Assembly (NCBI GenBank): GCA_017558505.1 | Contig: JAFYUM010000011.1 | Coordinates: 13,439 to 77,438, forward strand | Length of the DNA stretch: 64,000 nucleotides | From: Ruminococcus sp. | GTDB lineage: Bacteria > Bacillota > Clostridia > Oscillospirales > Ruminococcaceae | Direction of reading: 5' to 3' | In this document: piece after piece, positions 20,404-31,011 of the stretch | Layout of the letters: every line of letters begins with the position of its first letter | Numbering within the stretch: the stretch's first letter is position 1 | The notes under the pieces: model-generated | The model's database searches: none | Told to the model about the DNA's origin: nothing | The model's input: only the letters and a program-made list of their open reading frames with translations | Translations under genes and position numbers: made by a program

Positions 20404-22827
20404 TCAGGACTGTTCGCTTATGAGAATAGATACGCGGTTCTGAATGATTTCCGCTGTCTGCTCGGCTGTTTTATCGCCTGCAAAATACGCTTCAGATTCC
20501 TCAGAAATTATATCGTAAATATCCTGGTTGTAGTAATAAGGTGTGGGCTTTGCATTGGAAATATAATCTGCAACAAAGTCTCTTTCCGCCTGTGTGAGCG
20601 GATTGATTTTAATTTCCTCGCCGCCGATATACCACGTATCATCATATTCCTGTTTCTTGCCGTCTGAGTCAGTATAATAGGGTCTTTCCATTGATTCGTC
20701 AAGTTTTTTGTCAAATGCGGATTTGAGTGCAGGTAAGTCATAAAGAGTCTCAGAATTCTGATTTTCCTCGCTGAATATTTCCTTGATGAAATCCCAGCAG
20801 GCGTCCTTGTAGTCGGAATTTTCCATAATAGCGAAAGCGGTTGAATGATAAATCATTGCACCTGTACCATTGATTGAGGGATTTCCTACAAGGGTTACAT
20901 CATCACCGATTTCGCCGTGTACAGCACGTGCATAATCTCTTGGATTGCTGATATAAATTTCGGAAAGGAGCGCCTTATCATTGCGGATAGCAACTTCGGA
21001 TTCCTCCCAGTAAGCATTCATTTCCTCGTTTGTAGCGTTTTCCCAGTCGATTTCGTCGCCTTCTCCTGCACTGGGATATTCGTTGCAGAATTCGAGAACT
21101 TTGATGAATTCCGGACTGTTAAAATTGCAGGTAGCATTGTTGTAGTCGATAAAATCGTTGCTGTTGTAAACGAAACGAGAGAAAATTTCGGTATTTGTAT
21201 TTCCTGTTTTAAATGGTTTCATTCCCTCCGGGAGATTGCGGCAGGTTTCAATGAATTCGTCAATTGTCCAGTTTTCCTTGTCAAAATACTTGCTCTTGCA
21301 TCCAAGAGTACTGATATAGAAAGATGAGGCGAGAGATGTAAGCTTTCCTTCTGTTTCGCATACGGAGAGGATGGTAGGAACGAAATCGTCTTTTGAAAGC
21401 TCCTCGTCCTTTTCAAGATAGTCGTAGAAGTCAACAAGTGCGCCCTTTCTTGAAAGGTTGCTTAAAAGAGAAGAATATGATGAGCCCATACAGATGATGT
21501 CAACGTCTTTTCCTGCTGCAATATCCTGTTTCAGCTGCTTTTCAGGGGAGTTTGTCTGCTTTTCGCTTTCTTCATCCCATTCATAATATTGGTTGTAATC
21601 CTCAACCTTTATACGATATTCGCCGTTTGTCTTGTTGAATTCCTTTATCATTTCGATAACGCTCTGGTCGCTGTACTCCATAACCATATTGATGATCTGT
21701 ACATTTTCAATTTCGGAGGAGTCACGCTTTGTAAGGCGGTAGACGCTTGTTTCACCGGTTGACCAGTTATTCTCTACCATAAGGAAATCGCCGCCATCAA
21801 CGGGAATAAGTCCGGTGACATAGTCGCTTGAAAGATCGGAATCAATCCAGTTGATAAGCTCAACAAGAGTGCCGTCGTCCATTAATCCGTAAAGGGAAGT
21901 GGAGCCTGAAAGGAAGGCACGATACTCGCCTGAACCTTTTATAATATAGTTGAAATAAGATGTATCTTCAAGGGTGACAGAATCGGGCGAAAGCTCCATT
22001 GTATCGGCATTCAGTGTTTTTAATACATTGTCATCTCCGTCGTAGGATAAATAAACAAAGTTATTGTCTCTGTCTGTTCCGTAGGGATAGAAGTATTCGT
22101 CATCACCAAAATCAAGAGGCTCAGATAAGTTGCCTTCTGCATCAACGGTAACATATGTCGATTTTTGTGAACCGCTTATAGCTAAGCATACATTGTCGTT
22201 TCCCAGCGCAAAGCATTCGCCGACGTAAATCTGACCTTCAATGAAATCGTCATCTGCGTATTTTTCAAGTCCTGTAATAGGATTTTCAGTTATAATATTT
22301 CCTGCTTCGTCAAGGGTATAAATTGAATAGGTAGTTGTTGCTGCTTCTTCCATTGCCTCATAATCGAAGTTTTCATAGTCGAAATCGGGGTCGTTGTAGT
22401 CGGGCATTTCAAAATCGCCGTAGTCTGTAATCGTAACAACAGCAAAGATTTTTCCGCTGTTTGTTACAACATATTTCATATCAGGAAAAACGCTGTCAGA
22501 CGCATCAAGTCCAAGGTCAATCTCCTCGAATACAGAGAAATCATAGTCGGTAATAAACGCCTTGGGTTTATACTGGTCGTTCTCGGTTGCATAGCCTGAA
22601 ATGAGTATTTTTCCTGTATCGCCTATAGGGGTTATTGAATTGAGTTCGGTAATAGGAAGCTCTGCTTCGATTTCAATAGCCTTATAGGATTTTTCCATCA
22701 TTTCCTGTACCTGAGAGGAATTATTGGCTTTGTTTCCGTTTGGATCTTTCACGGGACCGCATGCTGCTGTTGAAAGCATACAAGTCATAGCCATAATACC
22801 TGCAAGAATTTTCTTTAATCTGTTCAT
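20404..22827 (-). CDS. Large (807 aa) lipoprotein, extracellular solute-binding protein family 1 with N-terminal extension
   Basis: Lipobox STAAC; C-terminal SBP motifs IKEFNKTNGEYRIKVEDY, LVDFYDYLEKD, EESEAYFAGDKTAEQTAEIIQNRV. Confidence 0.8.
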   Translation of the reverse strand: MNRLKKILAGIMAMTCMLSTAACGPVKDPNGNKANNSSQVQEMMEKSYKAIEIEAELPITELNSITPIGDTGKILISGYATENDQYKPKAFITDYDFSVFEEIDLGLDASDSVFPDMKYVVTNSGKIFAVVTITDYGDFEMPDYNDPDFDYENFDYEAMEEAATTTYSIYTLDEAGNIITENPITGLEKYADDDFIEGQIYVGECFALGNDNVCLAISGSQKSTYVTVDAEGNLSEPLDFGDDEYFYPYGTDRDNNFVYLSYDGDDNVLKTLNADTMELSPDSVTLEDTSYFNYIIKGSGEYRAFLSGSTSLYGLMDDGTLVELINWIDSDLSSDYVTGLIPVDGGDFLMVENNWSTGETSVYRLTKRDSSEIENVQIINMVMEYSDQSVIEMIKEFNKTNGEYRIKVEDYNQYYEWDEESEKQTNSPEKQLKQDIAAGKDVDIICMGSSYSSLLSNLSRKGALVDFYDYLEKDEELSKDDFVPTILSVCETEGKLTSLASSFYISTLGCKSKYFDKENWTIDEFIETCRNLPEGMKPFKTGNTNTEIFSRFVYNSNDFIDYNNATCNFNSPEFIKVLEFCNEYPSAGEGDEIDWENATNEEMNAYWEESEVAIRNDKALLSEIYISNPRDYARAVHGEIGDDVTLVGNPSINGTGAMIYHSTAFAIMENSDYKDACWDFIKEIFSEENQNSETLYDLPALKSAFDKKLDESMERPYYTDSDGKKQEYDDTWYIGGEEIKINPLTQAERDFVADYISNAKPTPYYYNQDIYDIISEESEAYFAGDKTAEQTAEIIQNRVSILISEQS

Positions 22828-22910
22828 TTTATCTTTCTCCTTTATAGAATAGATGTTTTATCGTTTTTGTCTTCTGAAAAAATACAAAATAAGATATAGG
22901 CTCGGAATTA

Positions 22911-22992
22911 TGTCACACATTTATGTCGCAAAATTATGTCAGGCAAAGATGTTGCACACGGTTGTCACGGTATAATGTCCTGCAATGATGTC
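22911..22992. repeat. Array of 7 TGTC/TGTT units at exact 13-nt period
   Basis: Cores at 22911, 22924, 22937, 22950, 22963, 22976, 22989. Confidence 0.85.
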
Positions 22993-23012
22993 TGTACAGA
23001 ATCAACCTGTTA

Positions 23013-25421
23013 TCAGGATTGTTCGCTTAAAAGTGCTGAAACACGATTCTGGAGGGCTTTTGCTGTTTTATCGGCTGTCTTACTGCCTGCAAAATATGCC
23101 TCAACTTCTTCAAGGATTACGTTGTTGATATCTTCATTGTAATAGAAAGGTACAGGCTTTGCATTGCGGATATAATCCTCAATGTAATCTCTTTCCTGTT
23201 TTGTAAGGGGAGAAACTATTATTTCCTTGCCGCTGAGATAGTATATATCCTCATATTCGACCTTGTTGCCGCTTTCGTCAGTATAATACGGATTTTCCAT
23301 AGTTTCATCAAGCTTCTTTTCAAATGCCGATGTGATTACTGGGAAATCGTAAATGTCTTCAGAGGACTGATGTTCCTCGCTGAATATTTCACTGATAAAC
23401 TCCCAGCAGGTATCCTTACAGTCAGAGCTTTCCATAATAGCGTAAGAATCTGAAAACTGAATCCGTGCTCCTGAACCATCAGATGTGGGATTTCCTACAA
23501 GGGTTATTTCATCGCCGAATTCCGCCTGTACAGCACGTACATATGCTCTTGCTGTGTCAAGGGTGATTTCGGAAAGGAGAGCCTTATCGTTGCGGACAGC
23601 AACTATAGATTCAGCCCAGTAGGCATTTGCTTCGTCTTCTGTAGCGGTATTTACATCAATTTCTCCCCCTTCTCCTGCGTTGTAGTATTCGTTGCAGAAT
23701 TCAAGGACTTTTATGAAATCGGGAGAGTCAAAATTGCAGGCAGAATTGTTAAAGTCAACAAAGTCATTGCTGCTGTAGATAAGGTGTGAGAAAATGTCGG
23801 TTTTGGTATTTCCGAGTTTGAATGGCTTCATTCCTTCGGGAAGATTGCGGCAGGTTTCTATAAACTCATCAACAGTCCAGTTTTCCTTGTCGAAATACTT
23901 ACTCTTGCAGGCAAGAGTGCTGATATAGAAGCTGGGGGGGAGCATTGTAAGTTTTCCGTTGTTTTCACATGTTGAAAAGATCATGGGGACAAAATCGTCT
24001 CTTGTCAGCTCGTCGTCCTTATCAATAAATTCATAGAGGTCTGCCAGCTTGCCGTTTTTTGAAAGGGTACTGAGGGCAGATGAACTGCCTGACACGTATA
24101 TAATGTCCACATCCTTACCTGCTTCGATATCCTGTCCGAGCTGCTTATCTGCGGTGTTCAGCAGTTTATTAGTTTCTTTATCCACTACGTTGTATTGGTT
24201 GTAATCTTCTACCTTTATACGGTATTCATCATTTGCTCTGTTGAAGTCTTTTACTTTTTCAAGAATTCTCTGGTCGCTGTATTCCATAACCATATTGATA
24301 ATCTGCAGATTTTCAATTTCGGATGTGTCACGCTTTGTAAGGCGGAATACAGTTGTTTTTTTGGTTGACTGGTTATTTTCGATTACGATGAAATCTCCGT
24401 TTTCGACGGGGGTTATTCCTGCAATAAAGCTGCCTGTAATGTCGCAGTCGAACCAGTTGATAACTTCGGTCATGGTACCGTCGTCTTTTATGCCGTAAAG
24501 TGCTGCGGTGCCTGAAAGGTATAAGCGGTAATCATCTTCGCCCTTCAGGATACTGCTGTAATGGGAGGTATTATCAAGGGTGATGAAATCAGGTGAAATT
24601 TCCAGTGTATCACCGTTCATTGTCTTCAGAAAACGTCCTGAATCCTCGTATGCCACATAGGCAAGATTGTTGTCTCTGTCTGTGCCGTAGGGTGATAAGG
24701 CTTTACTCATGCCGAAAGTTACAGGATCGGAAAGATTTCCGTCAGCGTCTGCTGTGACGTATATCTGTCTGCTTGTACCACGGATTGACAGGCATACCTT
24801 GTCTTTGCCGAGGGCAAAACAATCATTTAAGGCAACCTGTTCGCCTTCGAATACGCTGTTTCTGTATTCATCAATTCCTGTAAGGGTATTCTTTGATGTA
24901 ACCTTTCCTTTTTCGTCAAAAGTGTATATTGTGTGGATTTTGTTTGCTGCCGCATACAGTGCTTCGTAGTTGACGTTTTCAGAGTTGAAATCGGGTAATA
25001 CCAGGTTGCTGTGGTCTACAACAGTAACAACAGCAAATATCTTACCGCTGCTTGTTACTGCAAATTTTACTTCAGGCATAAAAAGGTCATATTCGCCCAG
25101 TTCAAGATCTATTTCACGGAAGTCTGAAAATTCAGAATCTGTGATGTATGCATGCGGAAAATACTGGTTGTTTCTGAGGGCATAGCCGGAAATTAGAATA
25201 TTCCCTGTATCGCCGATAGATATAATGTTTTGAATTTCACTAAATGGGAGATTTGCTTCTATTTCAACAGACTTGTAAAATATGTCGGTTTTTTCCTGAA
25301 TAGGTGAGGGCTGCTGTTCAGTTTTGATTTCACTGATTTTCTTTGACTCAAAACAGGATACGGTTGAAATCATGCAGGCCATTGCCATAGTGCCTGCGAG
25401 CATTCTTTTAAACTTGTTCAT
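23013..25421 (-). CDS. Large (802 aa) lipoprotein SBP, tandem paralogue of 20404-22827
   Basis: Lipobox STVSC; long shared blocks such as FRLTKRDTSEIENLQIINMVMEYSDQ and CKSKYFDKENWT. Confidence 0.8.
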   Translation of the reverse strand: MNKFKRMLAGTMAMACMISTVSCFESKKISEIKTEQQPSPIQEKTDIFYKSVEIEANLPFSEIQNIISIGDTGNILISGYALRNNQYFPHAYITDSEFSDFREIDLELGEYDLFMPEVKFAVTSSGKIFAVVTVVDHSNLVLPDFNSENVNYEALYAAANKIHTIYTFDEKGKVTSKNTLTGIDEYRNSVFEGEQVALNDCFALGKDKVCLSIRGTSRQIYVTADADGNLSDPVTFGMSKALSPYGTDRDNNLAYVAYEDSGRFLKTMNGDTLEISPDFITLDNTSHYSSILKGEDDYRLYLSGTAALYGIKDDGTMTEVINWFDCDITGSFIAGITPVENGDFIVIENNQSTKKTTVFRLTKRDTSEIENLQIINMVMEYSDQRILEKVKDFNRANDEYRIKVEDYNQYNVVDKETNKLLNTADKQLGQDIEAGKDVDIIYVSGSSSALSTLSKNGKLADLYEFIDKDDELTRDDFVPMIFSTCENNGKLTMLPPSFYISTLACKSKYFDKENWTVDEFIETCRNLPEGMKPFKLGNTKTDIFSHLIYSSNDFVDFNNSACNFDSPDFIKVLEFCNEYYNAGEGGEIDVNTATEDEANAYWAESIVAVRNDKALLSEITLDTARAYVRAVQAEFGDEITLVGNPTSDGSGARIQFSDSYAIMESSDCKDTCWEFISEIFSEEHQSSEDIYDFPVITSAFEKKLDETMENPYYTDESGNKVEYEDIYYLSGKEIIVSPLTKQERDYIEDYIRNAKPVPFYYNEDINNVILEEVEAYFAGSKTADKTAKALQNRVSALLSEQS

Positions 25422-25439
25422 TTTTTTCTCCTTAACATA

Positions 25440-26543
25440 CTAATGCTTTGAATCTTTCTGTTCCTTTAATATACTCCGTTTGTAGAGTACCTTTGTTACA
25501 CTGTCACTTAAATTTTCTGTAATTTTTTTTCGCAGTCTGCCTCCTGCACGCCAGCCTGTGACGATAAGGAGCAATAATGTCAGGATAGGAATGATATATG
25601 TAAACCTGCGGAAATAGTAAATTCCCGAAAGCTTAAACTCGGTTATACGTGATGCATTTTCCCAGTATGGGTAAATAACAGGCTTGTCGGCTATTGCGTA
25701 ATCTGATAGATTTTTATACTTTTTTGCAAGCACTGTGGGATTGAACCGCTTCGTATTGTTTACAACAGAGCTTGTATAGCTGTAGCTGCCGCCGAAATAG
25801 TCGTTAATTGCATTGTAGGCAAAATTTTCAACGGGATCCGGAACAATACATTCATAACAGGTGATATTGTTGAGGGGATTGCCACTCTCCTCTGCAAATT
25901 CTCCGTTTATGAGTTCAAGTCCCTCGTAGGAGATATATGCTCTTGAAATATCTCCGCTTGTACGTTTTTCCTGCTCTGTGGATGGAGTGTCAATAACTCC
26001 GGATATATAGAACTTAACGCCGTTGAGGTAGATATTCATGCCTGCAATATCCTCGGAGCCGTAAAGCTCCCATGCAAGAACTTTGTCAATAACAGCACCG
26101 TCCTGCATTAAGTCGTTTTCAGAGAAGTATGAGCCATCAAGAAGTCTGAAATCACGGAACAGAAAGAAATCTCCCCCCACCGCTGTAACCATAGCTTCGG
26201 AACGGGCTGTTCTGTCGCAGCGTACAGACATCTGACCGGCATTATTACTGTATGCTTCCGGGATGAGCTTTTGTCCCTCCTCAGCAATAATTCCTGCATT
26301 TTTCAGCTTATCCGTCAGCGTTTGCTTTACATATGGGACTGAATGGGTGTTAAATCCTGCTTCTTCTGTGAAAAAACAGCTTAGCTGTGTGTAGCCACCC
26401 TCGGAATCCCAGCGTTGAGCCGCATAGTTGCTGCTCTGGGATTTTGCAAGTGAACTGCCGACAGCCGTCAGGACAAGTCCAGTGCCGACAGAAAGCAAAT
26501 TTGCGGCTGCAAGGGCGGCAATTAAAACCTTTTTGATTTTCAT
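25440..26543 (-). CDS. MacB-like periplasmic-core membrane protein (2 TM)
   Basis: N-terminal TM; DFFLFRDFRLLDGSYF...AVIDKVLAWELYG...FYISGVI core; single C-terminal TM. Confidence 0.7.
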   Translation of the reverse strand: MKIKKVLIAALAAANLLSVGTGLVLTAVGSSLAKSQSSNYAAQRWDSEGGYTQLSCFFTEEAGFNTHSVPYVKQTLTDKLKNAGIIAEEGQKLIPEAYSNNAGQMSVRCDRTARSEAMVTAVGGDFFLFRDFRLLDGSYFSENDLMQDGAVIDKVLAWELYGSEDIAGMNIYLNGVKFYISGVIDTPSTEQEKRTSGDISRAYISYEGLELINGEFAEESGNPLNNITCYECIVPDPVENFAYNAINDYFGGSYSYTSSVVNNTKRFNPTVLAKKYKNLSDYAIADKPVIYPYWENASRITEFKLSGIYYFRRFTYIIPILTLLLLIVTGWRAGGRLRKKITENLSDSVTKVLYKRSILKEQKDSKH

Positions 26544-26555
26544 CAGCCCACCGCC

Positions 26556-28328
26556 TTATTCATCTTTCATACGAACCTGATCACCGGGCTTGACTGGAAG
26601 GCTTGAGGCAATAATAACATAGTCGCCATAATTTATGCTTCCGTTTACTGCGCTTGAAACTTCATCAGAGCATATTACTTCAACGGGTACACGCTGTGCA
26701 TAGTAGCGGTTGCCCAGAGGTGAATTCTTGGATTGTACAGTCAGTACGAATGAGCCTTTGTTATCAGTGTATACGGCACTTTTCGGGATGATTGTATCAT
26801 AGTTTCCGCTGCCGAGAGGAATGGAGAGGTCAAGATTCGTGTTGGATTCCACATCGCCTGTTACAGAGAATACAAGTATACGGCTCTTGGAGTTTGGCGT
26901 TGTGTCGTTTTTGATGTTGGTGAGAACAGCCTGAACATTTCCGCTCCAGTTGTTAAGTACCTCGGCTTCAACGCCTTTTTTGATTTTTCTTGTTTTTTCG
27001 CCGTCAACTGTTATTTCAACTGTATAACCCTCGGAGGAAATGTCAATTGTGATAATTTCCATATCGGGATATGTTTCATCTCCTGCCTTGGCGTTTACAG
27101 AGCTTACAATTCCGCTGTGTTTAGCTGTAATTTCAGTTGTTTCGTTTTCCTTTTTAAGCTTTTCAACCTTTGCCTTTGCCTTTTCGATATTATTTTTCAT
27201 GGAGGTAAGATTAAGGCTTTCAAGTTTATCCTGTGCTGCATTGTCTTTCTGTGCCTTGTCAAGCTGTGCGATAAGGTCTTCAAGGGCACGCTGTTTTGCC
27301 TTCACGTCCTCGTTGAGCATTTCAAGAGACATTCCCTCGCCGATCATGCCGGATTCATATTCTTCAATAAGGGCTGTGTAGTATTCGATATTGCTTTCTG
27401 TATCTGTAAGCTGTGCTGAGTATTCGTTCCGCAGCTCGTCTTTTTTTGTATCGTATGCGTCTGCAGCGGCATTACGTGCAGTTTCAGCTTCTTCCATAGC
27501 TGTTTTGGCAGCTGAAAGTGTTTCCTGTGAAACTACAGTCGGAACAGTTGTTTCTTCTTCTGTATTATTTTCACCTGAAAGCATTGCTGTGTATATTGAA
27601 AGCTTTTCCTGATATGTTTTTTCAGCGTCATCAAGTTCGGATTTCAGATTTATGAGCTCCCCTGTGTATTCGGCAGGAGCAGTTGAATAATCGTCCATAT
27701 CGATGGCAGATATAATAGCAGAAAGCTTTGTCCGGAGCTTTGTGCAGCTGTTAAGCTGCGACTTGTTTTCTTTGTAAGCGGATTTTTCAGCTTCCGCATT
27801 ATCCTGATTATCAATGGCATCATCTCTTTTGCTGATAGCCTCTGCAAGATCCTCACGGGCGTGCTTGATAGCCTGATTTTCAGAACTGTAATCAGCGCCG
27901 GGTGAAAGAAGTGCCTTGTTATATTCAAGTTCAAGTGTTTCAAGAGCTTCAATGGCTGCGTTGAGTTCCTCGCTTTCTCCTGTGCCTACAGTCATAAGCA
28001 CATCGCCCTTTTCAACTTCCTTGCCTACTTTTACATTTATAGTATCAATAATCTTGTTTCCGTCAACAGTAACACTGTAAGACTGATTTGACATCACCAT
28101 ACCGCTTCCACGTAGTCTTTCCGTAAGTTTTCCGCTGGTGGTGCGTTCTGTGGTAATCTGCGGGAGTGATCTGTTCATAATGGTGTTTGAGAAAAAGAGA
28201 AGAATTAGAAGTACTGCAAGGAAAATAATAAGAATTGTTTTTATAATTTCACGTTTGCGTCTGGGATTGTATTCTTCTTTATCTCCTTTTATATCCTTGA
28301 CATCTTTGATTTCTTTTATTTCAGCCAT
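26556..28328 (-). CDS. Membrane-fusion/periplasmic adaptor-like protein with very long coiled coil
   Basis: N-terminal TM; split lipoyl-like motifs VKVGKEVEKGDVL and AKHSGIVSSVNAKAGD flanking about 280 aa of coiled coil; AAAGGA RBS before 28328. Confidence 0.75.
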   Translation of the reverse strand: MAEIKEIKDVKDIKGDKEEYNPRRKREIIKTILIIFLAVLLILLFFSNTIMNRSLPQITTERTTSGKLTERLRGSGMVMSNQSYSVTVDGNKIIDTINVKVGKEVEKGDVLMTVGTGESEELNAAIEALETLELEYNKALLSPGADYSSENQAIKHAREDLAEAISKRDDAIDNQDNAEAEKSAYKENKSQLNSCTKLRTKLSAIISAIDMDDYSTAPAEYTGELINLKSELDDAEKTYQEKLSIYTAMLSGENNTEEETTVPTVVSQETLSAAKTAMEEAETARNAAADAYDTKKDELRNEYSAQLTDTESNIEYYTALIEEYESGMIGEGMSLEMLNEDVKAKQRALEDLIAQLDKAQKDNAAQDKLESLNLTSMKNNIEKAKAKVEKLKKENETTEITAKHSGIVSSVNAKAGDETYPDMEIITIDISSEGYTVEITVDGEKTRKIKKGVEAEVLNNWSGNVQAVLTNIKNDTTPNSKSRILVFSVTGDVESNTNLDLSIPLGSGNYDTIIPKSAVYTDNKGSFVLTVQSKNSPLGNRYYAQRVPVEVICSDEVSSAVNGSINYGDYVIIASSLPVKPGDQVRMKDE

Positions 28329-28419
28329 TATATTTAATCCTTTCTCAGAACTTGTCTTAAAGTTTCCCACTCATATACATTCGTATGAGGCAGGGGAAAC
28401 TGGACATATTTTTTTAATT

Positions 28420-29310
28420 TTAACCCTTGATACCGCCTGAATAGGTGATACCCTCAAGGAGATAGTCCTCGCCATAGAGGAACATAAGTATTGTGGGAAC
28501 CATATATACCGTACCTACCGCAAAGGCAAGTCCGATATCGCCTGTATTAATCTGTGACAGGAATACCGAAAGCGGGTGCATATAAGCGTCCTTCATAAGA
28601 ATAAGGGGTTGTTCCACCATATTCCAGTAGTCGATAAATACAAGCATGGCAATTGATACAATAGCACCCTTGCACAGTGGAACGTGGATTTTTGTCAGTA
28701 TCTGAAATTCGCTTGCTCCGTCAAGCTTTGCAGCTTCTACATATGAAGCAGGTATACGCTTCATAACCTTGCTTAACAGAAATACACTGAAAGGGGAAAA
28801 TATACCCGGAAGGATAATTGCCCAGCGTGTATTGAGAATGTTGAATTTTTCTGCTACAAGAAAGTTTGGTACAAGTGTTACCTGATAGGGCATTATCATA
28901 AGTATAATATACGTGAAGAAAATTATATTTTTGAATTTGTTCGGGTAACGTGAAAAGCCATAGGATGTAATTATTGCAAGAAGCATCTGGAATACAGTAA
29001 TCGGAACGGTCAGGAGTATTGAGTTCCAGAATTTCATCAGATAATCGGGATTTTTCAGCAATACATTTTTGTACTGGTCGAAAGTTACCTTGTCAGGGAT
29101 GAATTTGAGGTTTACGCTGTCGGATATGTATGTCTTTTTGTCCTCGGTCATATTTTCCAGCATTGCACCGTAGTTTGCGGAAATTTCCGTTGATGTCATA
29201 AAGGAATTTGCAATTGTAAGCACCGTGGGCATCAGAAATAGGAAAGCTGCAGTAACTGCGAATATCAGAACGAAAGTGTTGAGAATTTTTTCCTTTTTTC
29301 GCTTGTTCAT
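28420..29310 (-). CDS. Carbohydrate (CUT1) ABC permease, MalG-like
   Basis: FWNSILLT, TSYGFSR, IPASYVEAAKLDGAS EAA loop, FIDYWN. Confidence 0.9.
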   Translation of the reverse strand: MNKRKKEKILNTFVLIFAVTAAFLFLMPTVLTIANSFMTSTEISANYGAMLENMTEDKKTYISDSVNLKFIPDKVTFDQYKNVLLKNPDYLMKFWNSILLTVPITVFQMLLAIITSYGFSRYPNKFKNIIFFTYIILMIMPYQVTLVPNFLVAEKFNILNTRWAIILPGIFSPFSVFLLSKVMKRIPASYVEAAKLDGASEFQILTKIHVPLCKGAIVSIAMLVFIDYWNMVEQPLILMKDAYMHPLSVFLSQINTGDIGLAFAVGTVYMVPTILMFLYGEDYLLEGITYSGGIKG

Positions 29311-30191
29311 TATTCCACATCCTTTCCTAAATGATTTTCAATGGCAAGGAGAATGGCAACAATCACAATCATAATAAGTGAGAAAAGCACAGCCGCCGAT
29401 GACAGTTTCTGATAGTCCAGACTGTTGAAGGTGTTGTTCATGAAGTGCTGGAGCATATACATTTTATCGTAGGGATAATCACCTGTAAGGAGATAGACCT
29501 CACGGAAAATCTTGAATGAGTTGATAAGTGAGAGTATCAGCACGAAAAGGATTGTGGGGGAAAGATATCTCAATTTGATATGTACAAACTGATACCAGCC
29601 GCTTGCTCCCTCCAGTTTTGCAACCTCGATAATATCACGGGGAATAGAGGCAAGGGCAGACATAAAGAGTATCATATTATAACCCATGTTTTTCCACAGG
29701 AACATCACTATAATGATAGTTTGTCCGTGAGAGGATTTCATCCAGTCGATAGATCCTCCGCCGAATGTTTCGATAATCTGATTGAGAGTTCCGTTTGTAT
29801 GGAAAAGAACCTGCCATACAAGTACAACTGAGGCGGTGGGAACCATGAGCGGACTGAGAAAAAATGTTCTCACAACACTTTTTCCGGGAATGTCCCTTTC
29901 AAGAAGAACTGCCATCCATAGCGAAAGAATAACAGCAAGAGGAACCGATATAAGCGAAAATGAGGCTGTATTTGCAGCGGCTTTCCTGAATGCTATAGTT
30001 TCCATCAGCCTTTTATAGTTTTCAAGTCCTACGAAATCATGTATAATGGGATTGTTGATTACAGAGTAGTAAACAACAATGCCGAATGGTATCAGAAAAA
30101 ATATCAGAACGCCGATAAGACTTGGCATAACACATATATTGCTGAATATGCGCTCGCCCCTTCGGCCGCACTGGTCTTTTCGTTTTTTCAA
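29310..30191 (-). CDS. Carbohydrate (CUT1) ABC permease, MalF-like
   Basis: FVGLENY, RTFFLSP, WKNMGYNMILF, EVAKLEGAS EAA loop; TTG at 30191 lies 9 nt after AAGGAG. Confidence 0.9.
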   Translation of the reverse strand: MKKRKDQCGRRGERIFSNICVMPSLIGVLIFFLIPFGIVVYYSVINNPIIHDFVGLENYKRLMETIAFRKAAANTASFSLISVPLAVILSLWMAVLLERDIPGKSVVRTFFLSPLMVPTASVVLVWQVLFHTNGTLNQIIETFGGGSIDWMKSSHGQTIIIVMFLWKNMGYNMILFMSALASIPRDIIEVAKLEGASGWYQFVHIKLRYLSPTILFVLILSLINSFKIFREVYLLTGDYPYDKMYMLQHFMNNTFNSLDYQKLSSAAVLFSLIMIVIVAILLAIENHLGKDVE

Positions 30192-30558
30192 ATTAAACAA
30201 CTCCTTTTATGTACAGGGGAACCCACTTTTTCTCTTTAAATATCCCTCTATATATAAGTGTCTTAAAAAGCCAAAAAAAACAAAGACTTGATAAATTTTT
30301 ATTTTTTAATCAAAGCTGTATTGCCGGCTGGTTGTTGAAAATGAAAAAACGGAAATTTAAAAAACAGGGATTTGCCAGTTTATAGCTGTTTTTTACATCG
30401 GGTTTTCTTCCGGTATAAAGCTTGATCGGGTAATACTATTACGAGATGAAAATAAAACCTTATATATTATAGTGGTGGTTTTGTTAACTGCGGTTTACAA
30501 ATGCAAACTTTCTTTTCACAAATCGTACTACATATAATAATACGGTTGTTACAATATC

Positions 30559-30587
30559 ATGATATCATATTAAATCAGATTTGTCAA
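30559..30587 (-). promoter_or_regulatory. Probable sigmaA promoter of the hybrid ABC locus
   Basis: Minus strand TTGACA (30587-30582)-17-TATCAT (30564-30559) with TGn. Confidence 0.55.
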
Positions 30588-30852
30588 TAGTTTTTTTAAA
30601 ATAACCCAAAGTAATTCTACATAAAGATTATATAATACAAAAATGAAAGTTGTCTGATAATTTTCTTAAAAGTTTCTTATAATTTCAATATATCTCTGAA
30701 AATCTGTCTGATTAAAGAAAAAGCAGATGACCTGCATAGCTGCTTTTAAAAATGGGCTTTTGTAGTTGCTCTTTAGTTTTTGAAAATATAAGGCAAAATT
30801 GTAATGGCGCATTGCTTTAATTTGTTAATAGTGCCAAAATTTCAAAACCCCC

Positions 30853-30881
30853 TTGACATTCGCTTCTGTTTGTGATATAAT
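30853..30881 (+). promoter_or_regulatory. sigmaA promoter of the tRNA operon
   Basis: TTGACA-17-TATAAT with TGn. Confidence 0.85.
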
Positions 30882-30903
30882 AATTAACGTTGAAACACAG
30901 AAT

Positions 30904-30977
<74 letters not shown>

Positions 30978-31011
30978 TTTAAAAGCAGCTTTGGCTGCTG
31001 ATTTTATCTAT

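Noticed and set aside
20206-22992. TGTC arrays or the precursor repeats as CRISPR
   Set aside because: Units are 11-14 nt (or coding 279 nt), with no 25-45 nt repeats, no unique spacers and no cas genes.
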